Assembly: GCA_040437565.1 (NCBI GenBank)
Contig: JBDOQK010000013.1
Span: 310,001 to 374,000 of the forward strand
Reading direction: 5' to 3'
DNA from: Albugo candida
Taxonomy: Eukaryota
DNA: 64,000 bases
Below, one piece after another: positions 11,674 to 24,225 of this stretch. A program made the translations under genes and the position numbers. Position 1 is the stretch's first letter. Each line of letters opens with the position of its first letter. The notes below the pieces were generated by a model. It was not told where the DNA came from. It made no database searches and worked only from the letters and a program-made list of their open reading frames with translations.

Positions 11674-12854
11674 CTATCGATACAGAACGATGGGAAAATT
11701 CTCTGTGACCATATTTCCGTTTTCAAACAAAATGACCAAATTGGTCTCAAACTCGACTCGGAATTCTACGAATAGCACACGAATTGACTTTGTTTCTAAA
11801 TGCAACTTTTTCCAGCAGTTTACCTGGTGTAATCATCGTCGGGCACGTGAATAGCCTTGGAAAAATCATGTAAATTGGGATTGCCAATTCCGGACACGGA
11901 TCGCCTTGCCCGATTTGTATATTCTGTATCTCCGTGGCTTGAGAAGACACGTTTAGGATTGACGTAAGACTTTTTGCTCTTCATGAAAACAATGTCATAC
12001 CATCACGCGCGGTTTTGTCTCCGTAAATAATGCTTTCCACTCGGATCAGCTGGATCTCTACTGACTTTACGGGAACATCGGTTCTTGCAATTGTAACCTC
12101 GAATAGAGATTTGCGCTTGAGTGCCCGCAGAAGGATCAATTCTAACCTACTTCTCCAGTGAGTGGAAGATCCACTGGGCAATTTGTTCGATGTATATGTC
12201 CTGTAATTTGAAAATCAGGAGCGTTTGCTTCAATTTGCTGTACAAACAATGTAAGATGTATGACGATATAGGTCCTTTGCATTACCTTTCTGACGTTATT
12301 AACTGATCCTGAGGTGATACTGAAAGACTCGAGTCCGTTATCAAGTGGTTCCTGCAACGGTGTTTCCACTATAAACTCTAATGAACTGTGAAGTGACCGT
12401 TTCAGTAATCCTCGAGCGCAATCACATGTGATTTCATATTTCACTGAGACACAGACGCCATGGTATGTCTCGTATAATGTTTGTTCATCAGCCCCAATCA
12501 GCTGAAATTCGAAAGGGAATTTGGTCACTCCCGGGTGTACTTTGCCACCACTAATGAGCGGAATATGATACTGCAGGAGCTCTATAGACGGGATATCGCT
12601 TTGACCTGAATCGAAGATTCCACTGGTCTTTTTATTCATTTTCAGACGAGCACATCCTTCAACTTTCACAGAAATTCCCTGATGCGCAAATCCATTGGGT
12701 GAAGTAATAATCACTTCGCCTTGCACTTGTTCCTTTTGCGCACATAGAAACATGATGAGGAATCAAAGTATGAGAGATATATTGGTGGATCGCTTACATG
12801 AGGTCTGTAAATACGATTCACTCGGCTTAGTAGAATTGATAAGGAAGAGCTCAT
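11674..12854 (-). CDS. VPS26C: VPS26C / DSCR3 (retriever subunit), multi-exon
   Basis: LSRVNRIYRP start, LYETYHGV, SVEIQLIRVES, ATEIQNIQIGQGD, IPIYMIFPRLFTCPT, and terminal TENFPIVLYR*. Confidence 0.92.
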
Positions 12855-13066
12855 GGATCAAGCAATCTTTAACTGAAATGGTTATATTGATTGCATGGAT
12901 AGAGACATAAGTCTAATCTAACGAAAGCAATTTGATTCTCAGTGTTGAGTTAGAAATCGAGTCTGAGCAATATCGTAGCTGCAGATAGACATAAGGTCGT
13001 CGACTCAATGTAACGACCCTTCTTCGCACAACATATAGCACCAGATTAGCTTCAAGGAATCAATCC

Positions 13067-14545
13067 ATGCAGAGCCCGAGTCACCGAAAAGGAGCTCCGA
13101 ATCTTCGAGAGAGACGCGATGCAGAGAATAGCCCAAAAAGCATCCCCAAGCTAAACACCGCATATGAGGCAGTCAAAAAACCTTTGAGGGTTAGTCGCAT
13201 GCGTAATGTCGACCCACCAACCGCAGCATCTATGCGGGAAGCAGAATCCAGCACTCTGTTAACAAAAGATGGCGGCGGAAGGACGCGAAGTACGACTGTG
13301 CAAAATATCCGGGAGGAATTTTTTACGAGTGTGCTCGCCAGCGGTTATGTCCAGTCTTACGTGGACCTGTTCTATCTGCTTCATAGTAAGGACGATACGC
13401 AAAATGGAATGTATTCCTTCTCCGGTCTCAGCGGTAATGAGCGCGGTCAACGCGACGATGCCATCTGCTCCACGTCGAAATTTCTTCGGGAGAAATTGGC
13501 AACCGCAGAACATTGCAGATGGAAGGGTGACATTGAGGGTGCATTTCACGCGTTTCATGAACTCGCCGTTCGACTTTCCGAAGAAAGTGAAGTCAAAACT
13601 GCAGTATTTTTCTACAAGGAATGCTTGCAAATTGCACAAAGTGAGCAAGACACAAGCAAAGAAATGGACATTTCAAGTAAGCTTGGAATTGCTTATCATC
13701 AATTGCACGACTTGGAAAACGCCAAAATGCATCAAGAACGCCATCTTCATCTAGCACAGAACCGTGAAAAAAGCCAGCGTAGGTCAAATCTGGATCAAAG
13801 TACGAACATGGAGAGTAAAAGCTCGCGTGAAGCTCTACGGCAGATGGGTAAAGTTTACGACGATCTAGCTACGGAGATGGAAAAAAAGAAGCTATTCGAG
13901 GAGGCAATAGGAATTTATAAAAAATGGCTCGATTGTATGACACAGATGGACGATCCAGTAGCAGCTGCCGAGGTTCATTTTAAAATTGGTGTTTGTTATA
14001 ACGCACTTGGAAGACCAACTCAGGCTTTGGAGTTTCTCAAGAGATACGTAAGACTTTGTCGCAATCTTTCTATATCACAATTCTGATTTTTCGATGCGTA
14101 GCAAACCACCTGTCACAAGTATGATAATGTACAAGGCGAAAGTGCTGTCTGTGCAGAATTTGCAAGAACGTACGATATCTTGGGCCAAGAAGAGCTTTCA
14201 ATCGACTATCTCAAACAATACTTGGAGATGGCCGCCAAGTGTGAAGACATCCAAAAGCAAGCCGATGCGTGTCAACGACTCGGACTCATATACACCAGAA
14301 CTAAGAAATTCAGTCTTGCTAGGGAGATGTATGAGCGGCATTTCGAAATAGTATCCATGGCCTTGACGATGAAAGACAATGTACTCACATCGAACGAGCT
14401 TGGCTCACTCAATGCATCCCGGATACATGTGGGAGCTTCTCGAGCAAATGATGAATTTCGGACATTTATGAACCTGGTCAAAAATGATCTCAACGGGTTA
14501 TTGGCTTGGAAATGTACCCGGACATTGCCAAATCAAGGTCCATGA
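13067..14545 (+). CDS. TTC29: Tetratricopeptide-repeat protein, TTC29-like (axonemal)
   Basis: 'LASGYVQSYVDLFYL' lies upstream of TPRs and the C-terminus reads 'DLNGLLAWK'. The intron at about 14048-14101 joins the two ORFs in frame. Confidence 0.7.
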
Positions 14546-14760
14546 TGTACGAAACTGCGTTGTCACCCAGTCTCCATCTGTCTATCACTCAGACTTTAGC
14601 TAAGAAATAGAAATGGAGGTAGAGATTGTGACTACATCCCTATCCGTCGATTGATAAATGTTCAAGCAGCTTAAGAGAGCATCTATTAATCGCATAGGCG
14701 ACCATAAATGTGGATGGTGTAGCCTTCTCGAGTTTACGACCAATCAATAGAATCTACACT

Positions 14761-16963
14761 ATGATCGACTTTAGGAAGGATGATCCGAGCGAATTACATC
14801 CGTCTCAGATCCTACGCAGTGGACACGATGTGTGTGCTACCCTTTATCCAGGTGGGATTCCACCGCACAAGCGTATGCGTAAACCTATTGTAAGAAAATC
14901 AGTCGATCCGAACGCCACATTCATAAATTATGTTATTCTACGAAAATTCGCTCGGCTCAAGTCCTACACAGGCCCGGGATTTTTCCCGCCTCATTCTGTT
15001 TACAAAAATCGGATGCTACCTCCGTACGTGCTTCCTGCACTGGACGATCTCGCTTCTTGTGTATGTACCAAGTTTTGTCGCTGTTCGACCAACAAGCAAA
15101 GGTGCCCAGTAAATTGTCTTATATGGACCCCTGAAGGACGTCGTCTGATCACTGGTAATTCAATGGGAGAATTCACATTATGGAATGGTGTGGCTTTCAA
15201 CTTTGAAACGATCTTACAGGCACACGATGACGCTGTGCGTGCAATGGTCTGGTCTCATAATGATAATTGGCTCATCACAGCAGATCATGGTGGAGTCTTA
15301 AAGTACTGGCAGCCTAGTATGACGAATGTCCAGCTCATTCAAGGACATAAAGAGGCTGTCAGGTCTTTAAGTTTCTCTCCGACAGACTTTAAATTTGTCT
15401 CATGTTCCGATGATGCGACTGTCAAGGTGTGGGACTTTGAAAGTGGAAGAGAAGAAAGAGTGTTGACAGGACATGGATGGGATGTGAAATGTGTGGCTTA
15501 TCATCCTCAAAAATGTTTACTGGCTTCAGGAAGCAAAGATAATTTGGTCAAAATTTGGGATCCAAAATCAGGCAATTCGCTCAATACTCTCCATGGACAC
15601 AAGAATACAGTCTTTAAAGTTGCTTGGAATCAGAATGGCAATTGGCTATTGACAGCGAGTCGTGATCAGCTACTCAAGCTGTACGATATACGCACTTTTA
15701 AAGAAATCACTACACTGAAAGGACATACACGGGAAGTCACGTCGGTCGCATGGCATCCATGCTATGAGCGTTTGTTTGTGAGTGGATCGTACGATGGTTC
15801 TTTGATGTACTGGGAAGTCGGGTACGTGTTTTGATTACTTTGAATCAGCGAAATTCGACAACTCAATTTTTTTTTGTTACAGGAAAAGCACCGCTCTTGC
15901 AACAGTACCATCCGCTCACGAAAATGCTGTCTGGGACATACAATGGCATCCTGTTGGGCACGTTGTAGCTACAGGTAGCAATGACCATAGTACCAAATTC
16001 TGGTGCCGGAATCGGCCAGGAGATCCTATGGATGACAAGTACAATGGAGGACAGTTGGTTCTCAACAACGAACCTGATGCCATCGAATCAGCAGCATATA
16101 ATAACATCCCAACCGATGAGCTAATGGCACTTCCAGGATTACTGGATGCTAAAGCGATGCGCATGAATGCGATGCAATCTACTAATAAGAATACACCCGA
16201 GAATGCATTTGGCTCGAGAATGGGTGGTTCTAACGGTCTTGGGGGAAACAGCGGACGACGTCCTCCTCCCGAATCGTACACTTGCAATCGCTGTGGAACT
16301 AAAGGTCATTGGATCGACGATTGCCCAACAAAAGATCAAGTACCAGGTGGCGGCAATGGGCCGTATAAAAAGGTCCCACCCGAGGGTTATATCTGTAAGC
16401 GATGTAACATTCCTGGTCATTATTTGGCAGATTGTCCACAAGCCAAAATTCCGCCAGCAAATTACACTTGCCACAAATGTCGACAAAAGGGACACTGGAA
16501 ACAGGATTGTCCATTGGATCAAAACATTTCTACTGCTGATGCTACCGCAGCGGCTGCAATAGCCGCTGCTAATGCACGTCCCACGGAAGGAATTTTAGCG
16601 CCGCCGCCAAATATCAGTCAGACCAGCCGACCGGATTCTGCACCTCCCGTAGGCTTACTGCCTCCTCCGGGTCGCCATCATCGAAATCCAATGTTTACAG
16701 ACGATAGAAACGACTCGTTCAGAGGGGACAAACGAGAACGTGATGATCGCGAGTACGGCTCGAACAGTCAGAACACAACAGACACAAGGTACACCCCCTC
16801 GTATCCGCTTACAAGACCTCCTCCACATGCACCAGCTTACTCGAACACACGAGCTGGCCACCCGGACGCTCCGCAAGGTTTTCTAGAGTCACCTCAAGCA
16901 CCCCCAGCTTTCAAGCGTCCCTCGAGTGTGAACGAAAGTAGGGATCCACGTCGACGTCGCTAG
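14761..16963 (+). CDS. WDR33: Polyadenylation factor WDR33/Pfs2/FY with three C-terminal CCHC zinc knuckles
   Basis: KRMRKPIVRKSVD, WTPEGRRLITG..GEFTLWNG.AFNFETILQAHD, WD40 repeats, and TKFWCRNRPGD after intron 15822-15882. Confidence 0.95.
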
Positions 16964-17080
16964 ACGCAACGGTCTCCCAGCCTTGAGGCCACAACCACCG
17001 ACTCGTGATGCAAAATAGTGAAGCGGTAGCAATTATTTTGCATTTATTTCTACTGTTACGTGTTCGTATTCAGTATGGTA

Positions 17081-17576
17081 AATCAACATCACTCACTCTT
17101 GACCTTGACCAGCTGCCATGTAGATGGCCCAAGATCTTGAAAGGCCATCGTCCAAAGCAACATTCTGCAATACTTTCAATGCGGTGACTTTGTCTACGCG
17201 GGCGTAATTTGCATACAGCAACGATAGCCAAGGATTTGTCAATTCGGGTGTTGTGACGATCGGAAGTTTCGAAAGAATNNNNNNNNNNNNNNNNNNNNNN
17301 NNNNNNNNNNNNNNNNNNNNNNNNNNNNNNNNNNNNNNNNNNNNNNNNNNNNNNNNNNNNNNNNNNNNNNNNNNNNNNAATCAACATCACTCACTCTTGA
17401 CCTTGACCAGCTGCCATGTAGATGGCCCAAGATCTTGAAAGGCCATCGTCCAAAGCAACATTCTGCAATACTTTCAATGCGGTGACTTTGTCTACGCGGG
17501 CGTAATTTGCATACAGCAACGATAGCCAAGGATTTGTCAATTCGGGTGTTGTGACGATCGGAAGTTTCGAAAGAAT
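17081..17576. repeat. Exact 198-bp duplication flanking a 100-N gap (17081-17278 = 17379-17576); probable assembly overlap
   Basis: The sequence is identical on both sides of the gap. Confidence 0.9.
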
Positions 17577-19643
17577 AGAATTCCATTCTTCGCGGATGAA
17601 ATTTGTCGTTCGAACATAATCGGTTATCGGTGTGATTGGAATCATTTGAATTCCGTGTATGCAATACTTCTCGCCGCTGAACCAAGTCGCGTAATCCAAT
17701 TTATTCTCAAAAAAAATTCCAGATACTTTGTTTCCAATGAATTGAGCTGGTTGGACTTGATTGTCGGAATCCATGAGAAAATAGCTCTGAAGTGCTCGCG
17801 CATTCACTTTGATCAGTAATTTCCCCACTGCTTCCATTCGCAGGTCGCCGATACTGCCTCCATACAGATACATCGCGTATGCGAAATTAATTTCTTCCGA
17901 AGTACTTTCTTGATCTTTGCCATCCATTAACGGTGTCACTCCATGCGAAAATGAATGTCCTCGAAACCAGTCAAAATTGCGATATTTGGGAAAATAAGGA
18001 TCGGCGGCGTTGGGGGTTGCAACATCACGAATTAGTAGTTTGATCATCCTGTTCAGCTCGGGCAGTCTATTGTACGTTGGATAGAGGTAGTTGATGACTG
18101 CAGCGGTGTAGATCCAGTAGCCGTAATGGTAATGGTGATCATTGTACACCGTGGTGCCATAATCGACGTCTATATTGTTCAGAACGATACCTTGTGAGCT
18201 GATGAGACCACCATATATTGTGTCGTATGCGATAGGATACTTCCACGTATTGGCAATCATTGGAGTGATCACATTGACGAGCTTCATCAAGCAGCGACGC
18301 AATGGAGTGATGTCTGTACCCACAACATTAGGATCATTGGCCATCAGGCACAATGACGCGTACTTTTGTGCCAATTTGCCATTCGAGTAATAGCTTCCAT
18401 CTATAGGAATTGTCCACGTCGCACTTATATCAGCAACAAGTCTGGAATATAGACTTTGTGCTGACGCTGCACTAGCACTTGGTCGCGATTTGGAATAAAA
18501 TGTGATTGGTATGGAAGAAGGCTCAAACAAGGACCATATTTTCGTCCTTCCTCGGGTGACGTAAGCAGACATGGGACCGTGTGTTGTTGACATCAGCTTC
18601 ATCGACAAAAGCGCGGTCACTTGAGCACTGGCTGATGTATCAATCGATCCGACCTGATGAGGATGTGCAAATTGCAACAAGCCATTGGTGCAAGTCCCAC
18701 TAGTAGACCATGTGAAGGTATACGCGCTATCGGATGTTACATCGACGTCGCCACCTGTGACGATACAGTCCTCGTAGTGATCGTAGACTGCAACTGGTGC
18801 TCCCTCATTGACAACGGCCACTCTCAGCTGCCCGTTATATTTATCCTTGGCAATTAGCGTATTTCCATTGCTTCCGATTGCCAATGTCAATACACAGCTG
18901 GAATCTATAGCACCAGAACTTGCACAAATCGAATACAAAATCCACTTGTACCCATTCACTGTTTCCACGTAAAAGCGCGTATCCGTCCAAACAGATCCGG
19001 GAGATGCTCTTTTCTCGTTGATTTTATGTATGCTGGTGCTCAAAGTCAATCGCGGAGTTGCCAGTAGATAAGACACTGTAAAGTACGCCATACCCGACAC
19101 AATATCCGACTCCATTAGACCATTTGGACTAGCATCTGATCGTAACTGAACGGTAGCGCCTGCATCGGACCAGTCTACAACTTCAAAATACGGCGGAATT
19201 GTCTGATTATCAAATTCCACAGCGGAAAACTGCAATTCTTTTTCAGCACTATGCAAGAAAAATCTGACTGCGCCCGGATTCGAATACGAGTCTGAATACG
19301 CACGCGATCGAAAAGGATACGTTAGAGAAATACCAGTGCTATTAGTGGCGAAGGACGATGCGCTCGTATCGATGCGAACTGCATAAGGATTTGGCCAAAC
19401 GGGTGGAGGGACATCGGAACATGTGATCAAGTTGGCCCACCATCGATTGGTCGGAATCGCTCGACTTAATGTTTTGGCGGTGCCTCCGACATGTTTGGGT
19501 GGACAAAGCTCATACAATCCGTTTGTGTACGCGACCAGCGAGCTTGGAGGGATCAAGGATCCAGTCTCCCAAGTGTCACCATGAGTGGAGCGTGAATACA
19601 GCAGCAACAGCACGCTTTTGCAGTATACAGCAGCAATTTTCAT
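17391..19643 (-). CDS. Secreted GH81 endo-1,3-beta-glucanase (paralog 1)
   Basis: AIPTNRWW, YNDHHYHYGY, FDWFRGHSFSHG, GKDQESTSEE, IHGIQMIP. The likely ATG is at 19643 (MKIAAVYCKSVLLLL, signal-peptide-like). Confidence 0.95.
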   Translation of the reverse strand: MKIAAVYCKSVLLLLYSRSTHGDTWETGSLIPPSSLVAYTNGLYELCPPKHVGGTAKTLSRAIPTNRWWANLITCSDVPPPVWPNPYAVRIDTSASSFATNSTGISLTYPFRSRAYSDSYSNPGAVRFFLHSAEKELQFSAVEFDNQTIPPYFEVVDWSDAGATVQLRSDASPNGLMESDIVSGMAYFTVSYLLATPRLTLSTSIHKINEKRASPGSVWTDTRFYVETVNGYKWILYSICASSGAIDSSCVLTLAIGSNGNTLIAKDKYNGQLRVAVVNEGAPVAVYDHYEDCIVTGGDVDVTSDSAYTFTWSTSGTCTNGLLQFAHPHQVGSIDTSASAQVTALLSMKLMSTTHGPMSAYVTRGRTKIWSLFEPSSIPITFYSKSRPSASAASAQSLYSRLVADISATWTIPIDGSYYSNGKLAQKYASLCLMANDPNVVGTDITPLRRCLMKLVNVITPMIANTWKYPIAYDTIYGGLISSQGIVLNNIDVDYGTTVYNDHHYHYGYWIYTAAVINYLYPTYNRLPELNRMIKLLIRDVATPNAADPYFPKYRNFDWFRGHSFSHGVTPLMDGKDQESTSEEINFAYAMYLYGGSIGDLRMEAVGKLLIKVNARALQSYFLMDSDNQVQPAQFIGNKVSGIFFENKLDYATWFSGEKYCIHGIQMIPITPITDYVRTTNFIREEWNSILSKLPIVTTPELTNPWLSLLYANYARVDKVTALKVLQNVALDDGLSRSWAIYMAAGQGQE

Positions 19644-20142
19644 ACTAGCAAATGTCAGCAATGCTCCTAAGAATGGAGATTTGAAAGTGGGCAATTCAAC
19701 GCTCCTTTTCCTACGCAATGTGTGATTGGACGGGAGCCAAGAAACGCCTTTTTAGTGCATTTTGCATATATTTATTACATAAACTCGTTCAGACGCGATG
19801 AAATTCTCCTTTGTTTTCCTACATTTTATTTCATACTTGTGCAAGGAGAATTGTCAGAGTTTATCCACATGCGGTACGTGTCAGCAAAAGCGCAGTCACG
19901 TCGATCGACGTACGCTCCAACAAGCCTCACTTTCAATGGCTTGTGCATGGTGCGAATATCGCAGCTGTATTTGGTGGATGACGTTCAGTGAGATTTGAAG
20001 GTCGCACATGAAAGGTCTCGTCGCCTGTGATCCGGAAGAGTCGGAGAAATTTATTTACCGAAACTGCTTTGTCACACCCACAATAGCGACGTCATTCCCA
20101 TTGTGGTGTTCCTGCTGTCATTTGTATTGTTTTGAGGTGAAC

Positions 20143-21921
20143 ATGGCGCATCGGGGAAGCAGAGTGTACCTGGGCATCTTGATATTGATGTTATTGCTGG
20201 CATTCGTCAATTCAGAATGCCCTAATGGATGTTCAGGGAATGGTGATTGTATGGCCAGAGATATGTGCAATTGTTTCAAGAATTATCAGGGCAATGATTG
20301 TTCCGATCGCACGTGCGGATTTGGGTATGCACATGTCGATACACCAAAAGGAGACATCAATTTTGACCAAAATCGAATGACGACCGGTTGGATCCTGCAG
20401 AATTCCCATCAAGCACCAGCCAAAACATATGAATATTTTTATCCCAATGCCAAGGTGGATGAAGCTCATTTCTACCTCGAATGTTCGAACAAAGGCATTT
20501 GTGATCGATCCATGGGACTTTGTAAATGTTTTGATGGTTTTGAAGGTAGTGCTTGTCAGCGTACTTCATGCCCCAACAAATGTAATGGACATGGTACTTG
20601 TGAAAGCCTGCGAGAACTTGGGATAAAAGCAGGTGGAACCTTGTTTGGGAAAGGCACAATTGCAGGCGCAGTTAGCTATGACCTGTGGGATGCTAATTCA
20701 ACGTATGGCTGCCTGTGTGACCCGGGGTTCTTTGGACCAGACTGTTCCAAGCGATCTTGCAAGGTTGGCATCGATCCGCTATATCTTGGCACCTATACGG
20801 CCATATTGGAGACGTTTTTTGTGCACGCGTATCTTGATAGCTCAATAACGACCTTTCCTTCTGGGGCTTGGATTCGACTTCTTGTGTTCGACTATAGTGG
20901 TGACTCGTACATCACCAGCAAAATTCCAATCGTTGATGAAGCTGTTGGAGCGGCAAATCAAGCTGCCAATGCTGCAGCCTTCGTCACTGCACTAAAGAAC
21001 GTACCAAATCTATCATTTGCAAATGTCATTTGCGAATCGCAAGGTGTTGGAAGCTTCCTGGCGGGTTTCAAGTCACTACGAGCAGGAAGTAGCGTAACGC
21101 TTGGTGCATCGGTCGTGTGTCAATACATTGATAATCCAGGCAAATCCAGACTTCCAAAAGTATATGACTATTCATTCGGGACGGTTTCTCCAAACTTGCA
21201 ATTCGTTAAAGTGGTCACCACGACTCAACAAGGGAGTAATCACGATTGGTTTACGTCCAAAAGCACAGCTGTCGTCAGTTCGATTACTAGTGGCACAGCT
21301 GTTACATTGAGCACGGATCCTGGTGCTGGAACAACGGCTTTATTTCCACAGAGTGGGATGTTCTTGATCAAGCTTGGAGCGAACATTGTGACAGTGAGCG
21401 CGATCGGAAGTGCGACAACATTCACACTTCAGTATCCATTGACACAGCCACTCAGTTCCAGTGATAAAATCATCTTCTTGGAACCAACGGCTACTTTAAT
21501 TGTGACAGAGATTACCACACCACTACTAGCAGTTGCTGTCGGTGATACTGAATTCACGTACGATATCACAACCAACACAGACCCAAACTTGTCCAAAGGC
21601 GATCGATTGTTTTATATGAACCAATTCTTCTGGGTCCGTGGAAAGTATGTGACGACGGTAACTCCCGGTAGTGGAAGTCCTTATGATGTCGCACATTATA
21701 CGCTGGACTCTCCATTTGGTGGGAACTCTGATACTGGGGATAGCGGTGCTGCGGGCACAAAGGTGCTGAAGGTGACCGAGCCAACGACCAAGACGGGAAC
21801 GTATACGTATGTATCGGAATGCTCGGGTCGGGGACTCTGCACCTATGACACTGGAATTTGTGCGTGTTTCAAAGGATACACAAACGACAACTGCAATACG
21901 CAGAATGTCTTGGCCATGTAA
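20143..21921 (+). CDS. Tubular mastigoneme protein (stramenopile Sig1/Ocm1/Mas family, EGF-like repeats)
   Basis: A signal peptide is followed by ECPNGCSGNG, AHVDTPKGD, EAHFYLECSNKGICDR..C.CFDGFEGSACQR, and a C-terminal YVSECSGRGLC..C.CFKGYTNDNC. Confidence 0.88.
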   Translation: MAHRGSRVYLGILILMLLLAFVNSECPNGCSGNGDCMARDMCNCFKNYQGNDCSDRTCGFGYAHVDTPKGDINFDQNRMTTGWILQNSHQAPAKTYEYFYPNAKVDEAHFYLECSNKGICDRSMGLCKCFDGFEGSACQRTSCPNKCNGHGTCESLRELGIKAGGTLFGKGTIAGAVSYDLWDANSTYGCLCDPGFFGPDCSKRSCKVGIDPLYLGTYTAILETFFVHAYLDSSITTFPSGAWIRLLVFDYSGDSYITSKIPIVDEAVGAANQAANAAAFVTALKNVPNLSFANVICESQGVGSFLAGFKSLRAGSSVTLGASVVCQYIDNPGKSRLPKVYDYSFGTVSPNLQFVKVVTTTQQGSNHDWFTSKSTAVVSSITSGTAVTLSTDPGAGTTALFPQSGMFLIKLGANIVTVSAIGSATTFTLQYPLTQPLSSSDKIIFLEPTATLIVTEITTPLLAVAVGDTEFTYDITTNTDPNLSKGDRLFYMNQFFWVRGKYVTTVTPGSGSPYDVAHYTLDSPFGGNSDTGDSGAAGTKVLKVTEPTTKTGTYTYVSECSGRGLCTYDTGICACFKGYTNDNCNTQNVLAM

Positions 21922-22148
21922 GTGACCAGCATGTACATCAATATAAGCGTTTTAGGTGCATTGTGTTGGAGACACTTTTGTCTTGAGCACGCGATAAGTC
22001 ATTATAACGGTTTTTGTCGCAAAAATAAGTCGTGTGCATGAAGAGAGCTTGTACTAGCCAGATTTTTGTCGTGCTTCCACACGTGTACATCCATTGATAA
22101 AAATCCCAATCGGATTGAATTATGAAAAACATTTTTGGAAAGGAACAA

Positions 22149-23490
22149 ATGAGACCCCAAACGTGTCCAGCAGTCCTGCCGGATGACAATTTCGCTCGCT
22201 TGAATACACGACATTTGAGGATTTCATGTTCAGGTATCGCTAGATTTGATGAAAAAGCATCTACTCGAAAGTCTCAATGGTCCCCACGAAGACGCCGCCA
22301 TCCGCTGCATATTGCTCCATTAATCGTCAGTCCGATTACAAATCAAATAAGAGCTGAGCAACTTTTGAACGAACTCGCATTGCCACGAAATAATAGAACT
22401 GATGTCAAAAATGCGGTCGGGGCGCTTGTTAGAGACAATCAGAGTCGGAGGAACGGCATGACAAAGTTACAGCGATCGTTTGATTCTGAAACTATTTGTT
22501 TGAACAAAGACAGCAGCATACTGGACATAGCGACCGAAGATCTCGATACCACGCTTCGAGAAGTGCGAAATGCTCTACTTTTGATATTTTTGACTAGTTT
22601 CACTATCTCAATCGACCTCAGATGGATCACGTTTTGCATCAGTTAAACGAATGGAAATCATGGCGTACAAAGACATTAGCTGCCAGCAATCACAAGGTAG
22701 CCATTAGTAGATGATCGAAAATAACCTGGCTTGTCAACATCGTTGTGAATCGTTAGGATGATAGCACAACTGGGAACAATGTGGAGCAGGAAATCATCTC
22801 CCTGACGCAGGAGGAAGATTCTCTTTTGCAGGGCCTCAAAGTGCGTATGTGTGAGCTGAAATAACTCCAAATCGTTCTTATCATGAAGTACACAGGAACG
22901 ACATCGAAAGCGACAATCAGTTCATGCCAAATTTGAAGAGCTGCTTCGAGACTCGTGGAAGCATGTACGTAACCCTCGTCTGATTTCTCAGAGAATGATT
23001 TTTCGTGGAATAGGACCAAATCGCAATTTCTCGAGCCAATACCGCATTGACGACGTCATCGCCTGCACAATTGCATCAATTAGAAGCAGAAGTGTTCGAT
23101 CTTGATGTCGAAAAAATCAAATCGGAAAAGAAACATCAAGTGCTTTGGGATTTAGAAGGAGCCAATGAATCGCTAGGTTCATTCGTCAACGTTGTACTAC
23201 GTTTTGTCAATCCACTAAGGACACTTCTGTTCTAGATTTCCAGCTTGTAGACGTAGAAGCGTATTNNNNNNNNNNNNNNNNNNNNNNNNNNNNNNNNNNN
23301 NNNNNNNNNNNNNNNNNNNNNNNNNNNNNNNNNNNNNNNNNNNNNNNNNNNNNNNNNNNNNNNNNCGTTTTGTCAATCCACTAAGGACACTTCTGTTCTA
23401 GATTTCCAGCTTGTAGACGTAGAAGCGTATTCTTCCGAACTCGATCTTGTTCTGGCGCAATTCGCTTCCGCTGACTTAAATTCAAGTTGA
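22149..23490 (+). CDS. Hypothetical multi-exon protein with coiled-coil character; boundaries uncertain
   Basis: Consecutive + strand ORF segments (22122-22646, about 22750-22970, 23047-23235) are separated by GT..AG-like spacers. No family was recognised. Confidence 0.4.
23200..23431. repeat. Exact 66-bp duplication flanking a gap (23200-23265 = 23366-23431)
   Basis: The sequence is identical on both sides of the 100-N gap. Confidence 0.9.
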
Positions 23491-24150
23491 GTGTTGACAA
23501 CAGCGGATGATTCAACACATGAGAATTAGAGCATCAAGTTAATTCAAGTACGCCATAAAAACAGGGTGGTATCGTCAAACGAAGAAAAACTGTTGTGCAA
23601 TTTCGGTAGTAGAGTCGTTTGTTTCCATAGTGGAAGAAATGTTGAGAAAAAAGAAGAGCTGAAAAAGGACAATGCACACTCAAGTCTTCCCTTCTAAAAT
23701 CTTTAATTGGACCAAGACTTTACGTGAACGAAGAGAAACTGAGCACACTTCTCACCACACTTTAGTCATTCGATACGGAACCGAAATTAAGCTGACATGA
23801 TTTTCTCTTATTATTATATTACAACGACCGACTGTGAGGATGGGTAATGGGTACCATATGGAAATACTGTCGGGGTTGTACAAAAACGGAGCATGATGAC
23901 AGGGTTGCGTTGTCTAGTGCCCAAAAACTTCGTGACCTTGCTTTTGATTCTCCAATACAACTTCGAAGTTTGTAAAATAATTGCGAATGTATCACGACCC
24001 CAGCGACTAAATCACCCTCCCTTTCTTGCGACACTGGCTACCAAAAAATACATGGTAGTCGTCGTTGATCAATGTACGCTCTTCGATTTGATTTCCTGTG
24101 TGGATGGACTGGGTCACTGGTTGCTTGTTGCATAACGTAATTGACGGATC

Positions 24151-24167
24151 CTCATTCTTGAATTTGC
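24151..24167 (+). promoter_or_regulatory. Oomycete Inr+FPR-like core promoter element
   Basis: CTCATTCTTGAATTTGC lies about 75 bp upstream of the GH81 ATG and resembles the oomycete GCTCATTYYNCAWTTT consensus. Confidence 0.5.
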
Positions 24168-24225
24168 AAGACACCCAACGAACACGAGAGACGCAAGATC
24201 GGGCACACAGATCAAAGCAGTCATA

